DNA of 64,000 bases from Candidatus Poseidoniaceae archaeon (GTDB lineage Archaea; Thermoplasmatota; Poseidoniia; Poseidoniales; Poseidoniaceae), in contig CBFIJH010000010.1 of NCBI GenBank assembly GCA_965662895.1, positions 1 through 64,000 of the forward strand, given 5' to 3'. Within the stretch, counting starts at the first letter, position 1. Each line of letters begins with the position of its first letter. Below, one piece after another: positions 1 through 9,546 of the stretch. The notes beneath the pieces were generated by a model. It saw only the letters and a list, made by a program, of their open reading frames with translations, did no database searches and had not been told where the DNA came from. The translations under genes and the position numbers were made by a program.

Positions 1-1057
1 CATCATCAAGGGACTGTCGAGGCAGTAAGACAGTACGTACCGCCCACAAATCGGTGAAGATTCGATAGGTCGCTGTCTTGTCAAGATAGTCGACGCCATT
101 AGAACCACCTGTTCCCATTCGTCGACCAATCATACGCTCGACCATTCGTGCGTGAGCATGACGGAACAGAAGCATGGATTGTTCGAGTTGAACGATGGTA
201 TCAATCAAGCGACGTGGCCATGAAAGAAGGGGTAGTTCTGGATAGGATTCGATGAACAGCAAACCTGCTCGTGCACGATTGGTGACACCATTCGGCTTGA
301 GGAAGTCTCGTGCAGATGCAAGGTTTGCATCCATTCGAGGTTTGAGTGCTTCCGGGCTACCATGTCCAATCTTGACCATGTGTTCGATGACTTGATCTGA
401 GTGGGCCTTCATTGTGTTCAGGTGAGCATCAACATAGGCATCGATGGTCGCTTGATCGTTGGCATCAGAAGGTATGGAACCATTGATTGGCGTTCGTGAC
501 AACCAGGATGAAATCAAATCAACCAATGTTGGTTCTATAGAAATTTGTTGGAGTGTTTCATAGGCTTCTTTGCTGATTTTTCCTTCCCCTGAGAGCTTCT
601 TCATGTGGGCCATTGGATCCATATCTGCAACTCTTGATTCTTGTTTGAGTCCGAGTCGCATCTCCATGGCTCGCATTTGCCAGGATTCAAAACCTGAAGA
701 AGTCCCAAGCCGATCACGGAAGGCAAGAAAGCCCTGAGGACTGAGTGTTTCCATCACTTTCCATTGATTGGCAAGAAGACGGAAGATTTCAATGACGCGT
801 TCCAAGTGATGGACGATTTGAGGCAAATGTTTCTCGTCAACCGATTCCTGTGCCAAATATCCATGCACTGCATCGAGTTCTGCTCGTACTTGTTTGAACC
901 ACAATTCAAACGCCTGATGTGTGATGATGAAGTGCATCTCATCGTTTGATGGTGAGGGGCTGTGCCCTTCTGGACCTGCTTGCAATTGAAGCAACTCATC
1001 GAGACGAAGATAGCCCGAATAGGTCATTCGATTCGATGGTGAACCTGAACCTGCCAT
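1..1057 (-). CDS. kynA: tryptophan 2,3-dioxygenase (3' end outside the window; absent from the ORF track)
   Basis: Manual translation from ATG 1057 gives MTYSGYLRLDELLQLQ...DEMHFIITHQAFELWFKQ...FRDRLGTSSGFESWQMR...HARMVERMIGRRMGTGGSNGVDYL, all TDO motifs. The C-terminal part runs in frame to position 1 without a stop. Confidence 0.93.
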   Translation of the reverse strand, partial: MAGSGSPSNRMTYSGYLRLDELLQLQAGPEGHSPSPSNDEMHFIITHQAFELWFKQVRAELDAVHGYLAQESVDEKHLPQIVHHLERVIEIFRLLANQWKVMETLSPQGFLAFRDRLGTSSGFESWQMRAMEMRLGLKQESRVADMDPMAHMKKLSGEGKISKEAYETLQQISIEPTLVDLISSWLSRTPINGSIPSDANDQATIDAYVDAHLNTMKAHSDQVIEHMVKIGHGSPEALKPRMDANLASARDFLKPNGVTNRARAGLLFIESYPELPLLSWPRRLIDTIVQLEQSMLLFRHAHARMVERMIGRRMGTGGSNGVDYLDKTATYRIFTDLWAVRTVLLPRQSLDD

Positions 1058-1170
1058 GAACCTTGATGGAGATTCGGCTCTTGAACTCTTCACTAAATTT
1101 TCTCAAAATCATGCGACCCTATTGAGAACTAAGGGATAACAGTCATAGAGTGCATACGAAACCCCTCGAC

Positions 1171-2283
1171 ATGGGCGTAGACCACTCCACACTCCTCTCT
1201 TGGCTCGCCGACTACGACAAAGACAGCATTACCATTGGCGTAGTTGCTTCGCATTCCTCACTTCAAATCCTTCATGGAGCACGCACGGAAGGCTTTCGCA
1301 CCCTTGGTATTGCTGTTGGAGAGAACCGTCGTCGCTTCTACAAAGCCTTCCCAGGAGCAGAGCCTGATGAATGGTTAATGCTTGAAGACTATCGTGAAAT
1401 GTTGGATTATGCGGAATGGTTCCGAAGCAAGAATGTCATCATCGTTCCACACGGATCACTGGTTGAATATCTCGGAAGTGAGAATTTCCGTAATTTGGAA
1501 GTGCCTACGTTCGGAAATCGTGGAATCCTGCGATGGGAAAGCAGCCGTGCCAAACAACGAGATTGGCTCGTTGCTGGCGGATGTACGATGCCAAAGGTCC
1601 TCGAAGACCCGCACGACATTGATGGCCCTGTCATCGTCAAGTATGCGGGTGCAAAAGGTGGACGAGGTTACTTCATCGCTCGAGATTATCGCGACTTCCG
1701 CCGAAACGTCGACATTGAAGAAGAGTTTACGATACAGGAATATGTCCTTGGTTGCCGTTATTATCTTCATTTCTTCTTCGACCCACTCGCAACTGATGGT
1801 TACCAAGTTCAAGGTCGAGGAAAACACGCTGGAAAGAACCTTGGCCGACTGGAACTCCTCTCAATGGACCGAAGAGACGAGGCCAACGTCGATGAATTCT
1901 ACAAATTGGGTTCGCTTCGTGACTTGAGAGAGGCAGGAATGGAGCCTTCGTTCGTTGTAACTGGGAACCAACCTGTTGTCATCCGAGAATCGTTGCTCCC
2001 TCGTGCCTTTGAAATGGCTGAAGGGACCGTTGCAGCATCGTTTGAATTGGAAGATGAATCGAGAGGCATGATTGGGCCTTTCTGTTTGGAAACGATTGTT
2101 ACCGATTCTTTGGAATTCAAGGTCTTTGAAATCAGTGCGCGTATTGTTGCAGGTTCAAATCCGTTCGTCGGAGGTTCACCGTATTCCGACATCAATGAAA
2201 CTCGAATGTCGACCGGAAGACGCATCGCTCGAAGTGTAAAAAATGCGTTGAAAAACGACAGGCTTGACGACATCCTTTCCTGA
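1171..2283 (+). CDS. purP: FAICAR synthetase PurP family (ATP-grasp)
   Basis: ASHSSLQILHGARTEGFRT, VPHGSLVEY, VIVKYAGAKGGRGYF, VTGNQPVVIRESLL, IGPFCLE, FEISARIVAGSN. Confidence 0.9.
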   Translation: MGVDHSTLLSWLADYDKDSITIGVVASHSSLQILHGARTEGFRTLGIAVGENRRRFYKAFPGAEPDEWLMLEDYREMLDYAEWFRSKNVIIVPHGSLVEYLGSENFRNLEVPTFGNRGILRWESSRAKQRDWLVAGGCTMPKVLEDPHDIDGPVIVKYAGAKGGRGYFIARDYRDFRRNVDIEEEFTIQEYVLGCRYYLHFFFDPLATDGYQVQGRGKHAGKNLGRLELLSMDRRDEANVDEFYKLGSLRDLREAGMEPSFVVTGNQPVVIRESLLPRAFEMAEGTVAASFELEDESRGMIGPFCLETIVTDSLEFKVFEISARIVAGSNPFVGGSPYSDINETRMSTGRRIARSVKNALKNDRLDDILS

Positions 2284-2321
2284 TGAGCTGCGTTTCAGTA
2301 TGGATTCAAGTTGGTATTGTT

Positions 2322-2960
2322 ATGGAATTCTGGCACAATCGTTGGTTGACCGACCAAACGGGTTGGCACAAATCTTCGTTCAATGAATTGCTCGTCAAAC
2401 ATTGGCCACAAATCAACGCACCTGCTCATTGCAACGTTTTGGTACCTCTCTGTGGGAAATCACTCGATATGCTCTGGTTGGCTGAGCAAGGACACACCGT
2501 TTCTGGAATGGAAATGGTGCAACAAGCTGTTGAGCAATTTTTTGATGAGAATCAATTTGAATCCACTCACCAGGAACATGAAACCCACGTGGTGCACACA
2601 AGTGGACCGTTTACGCTGTACAACGGAAACATGTTCGACCTTGAACCTGGTCAAATACAAGCAGATGCATGGTACGACCGAGCGGCGATGATTGCGATTG
2701 AACCGTCCCTACGACAGGCATACGTTGAGCAACTTCGCAACCAAACCAGACCAGGGGCAGTTGGGTTGTTGATCACATTCGCATATCCTCAAGAGCAAAT
2801 GCAAGGACCACCTTTTGCATTGCACGACCAGCATGTCGTGGATTTGTTCTCGGTCGGTTTCCAAGTGGAAATGTTGGAACAGATTGAACTTGAAGATGAA
2901 AAAGGGAGAGGCTTGTCAAAGTTGACATCCTCCGTTTTCAAAATCACTCGAATTGAATGA
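2322..2960 (+). CDS. thiopurine S-methyltransferase family SAM-dependent methyltransferase
   Basis: FWHNRW...GWH, VLVPLCGKSLDMLWLAEQGH, YDRAAMIAI, QGPPF. Confidence 0.88.
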   Translation: MEFWHNRWLTDQTGWHKSSFNELLVKHWPQINAPAHCNVLVPLCGKSLDMLWLAEQGHTVSGMEMVQQAVEQFFDENQFESTHQEHETHVVHTSGPFTLYNGNMFDLEPGQIQADAWYDRAAMIAIEPSLRQAYVEQLRNQTRPGAVGLLITFAYPQEQMQGPPFALHDQHVVDLFSVGFQVEMLEQIELEDEKGRGLSKLTSSVFKITRIE

Positions 2961-2988
2961 TGAGGTTTCGTTCGTCAGTCGACGATGT

Positions 2989-4311
2989 TCATCCTAAATC
3001 TGGTGCTGGAGGTACCCCGGAGCCGTCGTCTTCGGGCTGATCAACAAGTTCACTCTCGATTTCATCAACAAGTTCGCCGAATTCAACCTGCTTCGGTGTG
3101 GATTCATCTTTGAGAATGTCATCTGCTCCGATGTCACCGCGTTCTGCCCTACGAAGCTGCTCCTCAAGTTCTCGCTTGATTCGCTCGCGCTCTTCCATTG
3201 TTGGGACATTGAAGGTACATACAAGTTGAATTTCCTCTCCGAAAGTGAGTTCGCCCGTATACTCCATCAAATCGCCGTAAGCATTGGCAATAACTTGGAA
3301 TTTGGTTGGGTCTTTTGACCGTCGCTTCTTGTGCTTCTTGTAGTAGTGGACAAACACTTGGTAAGTTCCTGCAGGAGCTTCACCTTCGGGCCAGACGACG
3401 TTCTCAATTGGCTTGCGTGAATCCGGCCGTACGTTTGCATCAACGTCAAGTTCGCCACCACACGCAGATTTTCGGTTACCGCCGTGAATTCGCTCACCTG
3501 AGGGGCAAACAACGTGAAGATCGAGGTCGTTGTAATTGTTCCACATCAATGAAACCTGAACATCCGAAGAACGAGCACCCTCACGTTCCAAACGAGCACG
3601 TAGTTCATCGAGTGCACGTGATGCTGCCTTGCGACGCTCGAGTGCTTCTTTTTCTGCTGCAGCACGAATCTCAGCAAGACGCTGTTCTTCCGCTGCTGCC
3701 AATTCTGCTTGTCGGGCTGCCTCTTCTGCATCACGCTCGGCTTGAGCGGCCGCTTCACGTTCAGCATTGATTCGTGCTTCTTCAGCAGCCTTCTCAGCCT
3801 CGATACGATCTTTTTCGGCTTGTTCTTCTTGCTCTTTCTTGAGTCGTTCTTGTTGTTCTGCAAGCGCTGCTTCCTCTTCTTCACGTCGGCGACGTTCTTC
3901 TTCTTCTTCGCGTCGAGCCCATTCTTCATCACGGAGACGACGACGCTCGAGCATCTCTTCTTCGGATTCTTCGTCAGTGTCTTCCTCAAGGGGAGGTTCT
4001 TCCTGAACTGGTGGCTCTTCACGAAGTGGTTCCACGGCTGGTTCAACCGGTTGCTGTTCCTGTTGGATTAATGCGATGCTTCCACCTGAAAGATTTCTGC
4101 GGCGGCGCTCAGACTCAATCATCATGAGTTTTCGTTCAAATTCTGAACGAGCGCTCGAAAAGCTTGAACCTTTTACAGGTGCTCTTAGGCCGTCCGCTAC
4201 CATTCCTTGTCGCATTTCAAGCGCAGCATCACGACGAATCAAGATAAACCAGACTCCGAGAATAAAGCCCCCTCCGAGGATGCTCAAAACGAGGATGGAG
4301 CCTGTGTCCAT
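2989..4311 (-). CDS. membrane-anchored coiled-coil protein with YfaP/DUF2135-like domain
   Basis: N-terminal TM (ILVLSILGGGFILGVWFILI), E/R/A-rich helical stalk, then VQVSLMWNNYNDLDLHVVCPSGERI...GELDVDAN...ENVVW...GTYQVFVHYY. Confidence 0.65.
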   Translation of the reverse strand: MDTGSILVLSILGGGFILGVWFILIRRDAALEMRQGMVADGLRAPVKGSSFSSARSEFERKLMMIESERRRRNLSGGSIALIQQEQQPVEPAVEPLREEPPVQEEPPLEEDTDEESEEEMLERRRLRDEEWARREEEEERRRREEEEAALAEQQERLKKEQEEQAEKDRIEAEKAAEEARINAEREAAAQAERDAEEAARQAELAAAEEQRLAEIRAAAEKEALERRKAASRALDELRARLEREGARSSDVQVSLMWNNYNDLDLHVVCPSGERIHGGNRKSACGGELDVDANVRPDSRKPIENVVWPEGEAPAGTYQVFVHYYKKHKKRRSKDPTKFQVIANAYGDLMEYTGELTFGEEIQLVCTFNVPTMEERERIKRELEEQLRRAERGDIGADDILKDESTPKQVEFGELVDEIESELVDQPEDDGSGVPPAPDLG

Positions 4312-4410
4312 GGTTGTCGGAAAACCTACTGTGTCTTTTATCATTTGCTTGCATGATTTGCGGATGGATTGCATGCAAAGCATTGAATGTGTCAAGTCTC
4401 TCGTCACACC

Positions 4411-5205
4411 ATGAACAAGTCAGACCGGCTTGACCGTCTTCTTCCAAATGGACGAGGCGTTTGGATTCCTATCGATCACGGAATGTCGGACTATCCGAAT
4501 CAGGGATTGGAAGATACTGAACAACTCATTCGCCAATTGGTTTCCGCTGGAGTGAATGCCATCGTAGCCCAAAAGGGCGTTGCAAGCCACTACAGCCACC
4601 TTTGCGAGAACAGTGACACGAACATGGTGATTCATTTCTCTGCTTCAACGCGTCACGGAGGAGACGATGCCTCTCGGAAAGTGTCGGTCGGTCAAGCCTC
4701 CGAAGTTGCCTCGAGAGGCGCGCTCGGTGCATCGGCTCAGGTGAACATCGGCTCAGTCGGTGAAGCAGCAATGTTGGAAGCGATGGGCAAACTCACGACG
4801 GAATGCCACCATCTTGAATTGCCTGTCCTTGGGATGGTCTATGCTCGTGGCCCAAATCTCAACCCAGTCGAGGGAGATGCTACCAATGGTGTTGCACATG
4901 CTGCACGCGTCGCATTCGAAATAGGCTGCGACGTCGGAAAGACGACGTGGACCGGCGATGAGGCATCGTTTGCTCAAGTCACATCTGCAGTTCCAATACC
5001 TTTGCTTGTTGCAGGTGGAGCGAAAACCAATACGGAGGAGATGCTCATTATGGTCGAGAAGGCGATGCAAAATGGAGCATCAGGAGTATGCATGGGCCGC
5101 CAGGTCTTTGCTCACCAATCCCCAGAGTTGGTCGCCAAGGCCCTTGTGATGATCGTCCACCAAGGAAAATCTGCAGAACAGGCGATGAAAGCCGCAGGAC
5201 TGTGA
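4411..5205 (+). CDS. 2-amino-3,7-dideoxy-D-threo-hept-6-ulosonate synthase (AroA', DhnA-type class I aldolase)
   Basis: IPIDHG, MVYARG, AARVAFEIGCDVGKT, VAGG, MGRQVF; directly upstream of dehydroquinate synthase II. Confidence 0.82.
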   Translation: MNKSDRLDRLLPNGRGVWIPIDHGMSDYPNQGLEDTEQLIRQLVSAGVNAIVAQKGVASHYSHLCENSDTNMVIHFSASTRHGGDDASRKVSVGQASEVASRGALGASAQVNIGSVGEAAMLEAMGKLTTECHHLELPVLGMVYARGPNLNPVEGDATNGVAHAARVAFEIGCDVGKTTWTGDEASFAQVTSAVPIPLLVAGGAKTNTEEMLIMVEKAMQNGASGVCMGRQVFAHQSPELVAKALVMIVHQGKSAEQAMKAAGL

Positions 5206-5214
5206 GGCGTAGGC

Positions 5215-6213
5215 ATGGAAGTATGGCTCGATGCGCCGAGGAACAGCGTTCATCATGGTGTTGACAGATTTTTTTCTGTTCACGAAGAGAACGACATTTT
5301 TTCGAAAGATGGCGTTTTGTATCGAAACGACGTCACCATCGGCGGCCATGTTCACATCGATTCAGATGCAGCACAGTCCAAAGCTCGTAGTCTTGCTGGA
5401 ACGGTTGAATGGATTCTGCTCACATTCGAAGATTGGTCGATGATTCCGATTGAAAATGTCATCGCTGCAGTCGATTCAACACCAACAAAGGTTGCTGCCC
5501 AAATCACTCAGCCTATCGAAGCACAAGGTGCTGGTTTTGCATTGGATATCGGTGTTGATGCATTGCTCTGCTCAGAAGAATGCCTCGAGGCCGCATTGGT
5601 CGTCAAATCACAACGACTTGAGAAGATACAAACGACATCCGTTCGTCCCATGAAGCATCACGATTCAATGCATCTTTCAACCATGACAATCGTTGAGATC
5701 GAGGAAGGACATTCGGGAGACAGAGTCTGTGTCGATTTATTGTCGCTGTTGAAGAAGGGCGAAGGGCTCCTCATAGGTTCGACATCCAAATCGTTCGTGA
5801 TTGTCCATGGGGAGACAATTCCATCGAAATATGTCCCAACTCGGCCATTTCGAGTCAATGCAGGAAGTGTTGATGCCTACACGTATCTCGCTGATGGTAC
5901 AACAAAATATCTGTGTGAATTAACATCAGGCGATGAAGTACGCATCATTGGTAGAGGAGGTACAACTCGTACAGCCATCATTGGTCGAATGAAGATAGAA
6001 AAACGACCATTTCTTCTATTGAGATTCAAAGATGAAAATGCTAATGAAGGTCATGTCTTCATTCAGCAAGCGGAGACGGTGCGCTTGATTTTCGGAGATG
6101 GTGAAGTCTGTTCTGTTACCGACTTAACGGTCGGTGACCAGATTCTTGGGTTCGCTTCCTCTACCACACGCCACGTAGGACAGAGTATCTCAGCCCCGTC
6201 TGAGGAGCGTTGA
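5215..6213 (+). CDS. 3-dehydroquinate synthase II (archaeal AroB')
   Basis: WSMIPIEN, GDRVCVD, GEGLLIGS, TRPFRVNAG, GRMKIEKRPF, QQAETVRL. Confidence 0.92.
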   Translation: MEVWLDAPRNSVHHGVDRFFSVHEENDIFSKDGVLYRNDVTIGGHVHIDSDAAQSKARSLAGTVEWILLTFEDWSMIPIENVIAAVDSTPTKVAAQITQPIEAQGAGFALDIGVDALLCSEECLEAALVVKSQRLEKIQTTSVRPMKHHDSMHLSTMTIVEIEEGHSGDRVCVDLLSLLKKGEGLLIGSTSKSFVIVHGETIPSKYVPTRPFRVNAGSVDAYTYLADGTTKYLCELTSGDEVRIIGRGGTTRTAIIGRMKIEKRPFLLLRFKDENANEGHVFIQQAETVRLIFGDGEVCSVTDLTVGDQILGFASSTTRHVGQSISAPSEER

Positions 6214-6216
6214 TGT

Positions 6217-7107
6217 ATGGCAGTTTTGGGCAAAGGCATAGCACACGGAGCTTGCAGCCTTCTTCACGCTGCGGGAACGGGTTATGGTGCAAGTATGGCG
6301 CTTGATTTGCCAATTCTTGTTCGAGTCCTTGATCGGAAAAGCAAACGAGAACTTCACGACAAAGACGGGGTGCTACCGCACATTGTCGAAGCGTGGAAAA
6401 GCGCTGGACACGATTTACCAATCGACGAGGAAGATTTGCACTGGTCTGTGCAATCAAGAATACCGCCACGTGAAGGTTTGAAATCCTCATCTGCCCTTTG
6501 TGTTGCAGCGGTACGTGCACTCTGTGATGCGACGGACACCGCACTCGAATTGAACGAAATCGTCGCAATTGCTGTCGATGCTCAACTTCGGGCTGAAATT
6601 ACACTAACGGGAAGTATTGACGACACCTGGGCGTGCGCAACAGGCGGATGGAAATTGATCAATGCGAACGAACCCGACGTCGCTCAAGGCGTCCTGCTTG
6701 AGGGTGATGGTCCAAAAGGAGATGAATGGAAAGTACTGGTTGTATCACGTGGACCGAGAGAAACACGACCTTCACTTGAAGACTTTCTACCACATCAGCA
6801 ACAATTTATTCAAGCACTCACTGCAATCCAAGAAGAAAACGAATTGGTTGCTCTGACGCTCAATGGCCGAGGCGTCATTGGAGCAACCAAAGACCATCGC
6901 GCACGAATTTTAACGAACGATGCGCTCGTCAATGGTGCTCGTGCAGCAGGCATCAGCGGCTCTGGAACTGCAATTATTATCGTCATACCGATTCAGTTGG
7001 AAGGTGTCATTCAACGAATAAAATCATGGTACACAAGCAAGCATCCTGAGTTTAATATTCTCGAAACACGATTCATCAACCCTGAGAAGATCGACTCCGA
7101 GGAGTAA
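6217..7107 (+). CDS. aroK: archaeal shikimate kinase (GHMP family)
   Basis: IPPREGLKSSSA, TLTGSIDD, AGISGSG; sits within the aro cluster. Confidence 0.88.
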   Translation: MAVLGKGIAHGACSLLHAAGTGYGASMALDLPILVRVLDRKSKRELHDKDGVLPHIVEAWKSAGHDLPIDEEDLHWSVQSRIPPREGLKSSSALCVAAVRALCDATDTALELNEIVAIAVDAQLRAEITLTGSIDDTWACATGGWKLINANEPDVAQGVLLEGDGPKGDEWKVLVVSRGPRETRPSLEDFLPHQQQFIQALTAIQEENELVALTLNGRGVIGATKDHRARILTNDALVNGARAAGISGSGTAIIIVIPIQLEGVIQRIKSWYTSKHPEFNILETRFINPEKIDSEE

Positions 7108-7151
7108 GGCTCAAGTTCTTGAACGCGTGTTGCGTGGTCTGGTTGAGCCCA

Positions 7152-8225
7152 ATGAAGATGCGCCTTGGCGAAACCTTGTCCATCACTCTGTTTGGGGAGA
7201 GCCATGGACACTTGGTTGGAGCACTTTTGGAAGGTGTTCCTGCTGGTCTTCAAATTGATGAAGAACGTATTGCTAAGCGCATGTTGACACGGCGACCAGG
7301 CGGCCACTTTGCCAGCAAACGTAAGGAGGATGACAAGGTCGAACTTCTTACTGGAGTTCACCAAGGATTCGCTACAGGCCAACCAATTTTAATCCAAATC
7401 CGGAACAAAGACGCTCGTACAAGCGACTACAGTTTCATTCCAAATCATCCTCGCCCGGGCCATCAAGATCTGCTCATGCACCTTCGAACAGGCGGATTCG
7501 CCGATTTACGAGGAGGTGGTACCTCATCCGCCCGCCTTACAGCAGGAATCGTTGCTGCTGCTGCCATTGTTGAGCCCCTTCTTGGTGAGATTCAAATCGA
7601 TGCCCACGTCGGAGCAATCGGCCCTGTTGAATCTGCACGGATCGATGAATGCCCAAAGGAGTGGTCGAACGAACTTTGTGAGCAACTCCGTTGCAGAGAT
7701 CCTACCGTTGTTGAAGCAATGAAGGAGCACATTGAGACCGTTCGTAAACAAAGGAATTCAACGGGGAGTAGGGTTGACGTTTTGATTTCGAATTTGCCAC
7801 ATGGCATAGGTGAGCCATGGTTTGACGGTCTCGAACCTGCTCTTGGCCGAGCGTATCTATCCATCCCTGCATCGAGAGGTGTAGCCTTCGGGAATGGTTT
7901 TGAAGCCGTAAAAATGACCGGATTGGAACACAACAACCCGTGGACTGGAACACCCGAAACGCCTCTGCAAGGTGGAGAACGACCGGATGGAAGCATCGCT
8001 GGTCTATCTTCAGGTTCACCCCTTTACGTACAAATCGCGCTAAAACCGCCATCAAGCATCGCACATGAGCAAACCACGCTGGATTTGAATGATGGTCAAC
8101 AAAAACCCCTTGTCGTTAAGGGACGGCACGACCCAGTTCTGGGTCCAAGAGCGGTGAGCGTTGCACGAGCCATGACCACTCTGGTTCTATCCGATCTTCT
8201 CCTCAGGAAACGTGATGCGCTTTGA
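7152..8225 (+). CDS. aroC: chorismate synthase
   Basis: FGESHG, RRPG...RKEDD, PRPGHQD, GGGTSSARLT, KPPSSI, GRHDP. Confidence 0.95.
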   Translation: MKMRLGETLSITLFGESHGHLVGALLEGVPAGLQIDEERIAKRMLTRRPGGHFASKRKEDDKVELLTGVHQGFATGQPILIQIRNKDARTSDYSFIPNHPRPGHQDLLMHLRTGGFADLRGGGTSSARLTAGIVAAAAIVEPLLGEIQIDAHVGAIGPVESARIDECPKEWSNELCEQLRCRDPTVVEAMKEHIETVRKQRNSTGSRVDVLISNLPHGIGEPWFDGLEPALGRAYLSIPASRGVAFGNGFEAVKMTGLEHNNPWTGTPETPLQGGERPDGSIAGLSSGSPLYVQIALKPPSSIAHEQTTLDLNDGQQKPLVVKGRHDPVLGPRAVSVARAMTTLVLSDLLLRKRDAL

Positions 8226-9544
8226 GTCGTCGTATCGTCCACAAATTTGGAGGCTCATGCCTTCGTGAACCGGATGATATTGAAAAAATTGCAGAAGTCA
8301 TACGCGGCAACGATCAGGCCATCCTCGTTGTATCTGCACTTTGGGGAACGACGGACCGTTTGTATCGCGCAGCCAAGGACCCTCGTTATGCAAGCCGTTT
8401 AGTGCAAGATTTGTCAAAACAGCATCTTCGCTTCGCACCAGGTCTTGATAATTCGAAGAATGCGCATCTCTTCTCAATGGTCCTCCACAATCTGAAGGAA
8501 GCATTACGTATGCTTGCACAGCATCCAGAAGATCAATCTGCTCTGAACAATCTCCTAGCCTCTGGAGAGCGATTGAGTGCACTCGTTGTCGCTCACCGGT
8601 TGCAAGAATATGGGTACGATGCCTACCCTCTTGGTGCTGAAGATATTGGTATTACGTTGGAAGGAATCTTTGAAGCAAATCACGTCGATTTACAGGCTTC
8701 AAGCACCAAACTTAACCGAGATACACTCCACGGCACACCGGTCATAACAGGGTGGTTTGGTGAGGGCCAAAATAAGGACATTGCAATCCTCAGTCGAGGG
8801 GGATCCGACCATTCAGCCACGGCAATTGCGCACCTCATTGAAGCTGAACGAGTCATCCTCTGGAAAGATGTTCCTGGTATTTTTCGATTGAATCCTCGAT
8901 GGGGCGTACGTTCCGATACACTGGCCTACCTCACATATCAGGAAGCGATTGAGCTCTCATTGATGGACACACCCGTATTGCACCCCTCAACCATTGAACC
9001 TTTGATTGAACCTCGAATTCAGATGGAAGTGCGACACCTGTACGATGCAAACAATGAGCAAAAAACCATCATCGGACCAGAGATTCATGAAAATCAATTG
9101 AAAGCAGTCGGTTGCCTACCGAACGTCATTAGTCTGGGATTTTCACATCATCACGTTGATGCGCATCAACGCCAACTCGTGAAAATACTCGGTGAAATGG
9201 CACAGAATGAAGTTCACTGGTGGGGATTGGAGTCAAGAATGGGAGACTCAAGACTGATCGTTTCACAACATGACATTCATCGTGCATCCTCAATTTTCGA
9301 TCGATTTGGAATCGAAGCAAATCATCACCATCACCTTGGCCTTTTGTCGCTTATTGGTTGCAAAGAGAGCGATATGGGTGAAATCGACGCATTGTTCGAA
9401 TCCACTGATTACGAACTCAGCTGGCTGAACAAAACAAATTCAGCTGCTCGGGTAGCCATCGACGGGGAGGACTTGAGTCAAGCCTTGCAGATTTTGCATA
9501 GGTTCATTCTCGAAAAAACAGAGATTTTCATTCAAGAAAACTGA
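8222..9544 (+). CDS. aspartate kinase (degenerate C-terminal ACT-like region)
   Basis: HKFGGS, VVSALWGTTDRL, GERLSA, LSRGGSDHSA, WKDVPG, VLHP; its start overlaps the aroC stop. Confidence 0.85.
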   Translation: MSRRIVHKFGGSCLREPDDIEKIAEVIRGNDQAILVVSALWGTTDRLYRAAKDPRYASRLVQDLSKQHLRFAPGLDNSKNAHLFSMVLHNLKEALRMLAQHPEDQSALNNLLASGERLSALVVAHRLQEYGYDAYPLGAEDIGITLEGIFEANHVDLQASSTKLNRDTLHGTPVITGWFGEGQNKDIAILSRGGSDHSATAIAHLIEAERVILWKDVPGIFRLNPRWGVRSDTLAYLTYQEAIELSLMDTPVLHPSTIEPLIEPRIQMEVRHLYDANNEQKTIIGPEIHENQLKAVGCLPNVISLGFSHHHVDAHQRQLVKILGEMAQNEVHWWGLESRMGDSRLIVSQHDIHRASSIFDRFGIEANHHHHLGLLSLIGCKESDMGEIDALFESTDYELSWLNKTNSAARVAIDGEDLSQALQILHRFILEKTEIFIQEN

Positions 9545-9546
9545 GA

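Noticed and set aside
1100-1128. TTCTCAA-N15-TTGAGAA inverted repeat in the kynA/purP divergent region
   Set aside because: Single short occurrence with no supporting regulator.
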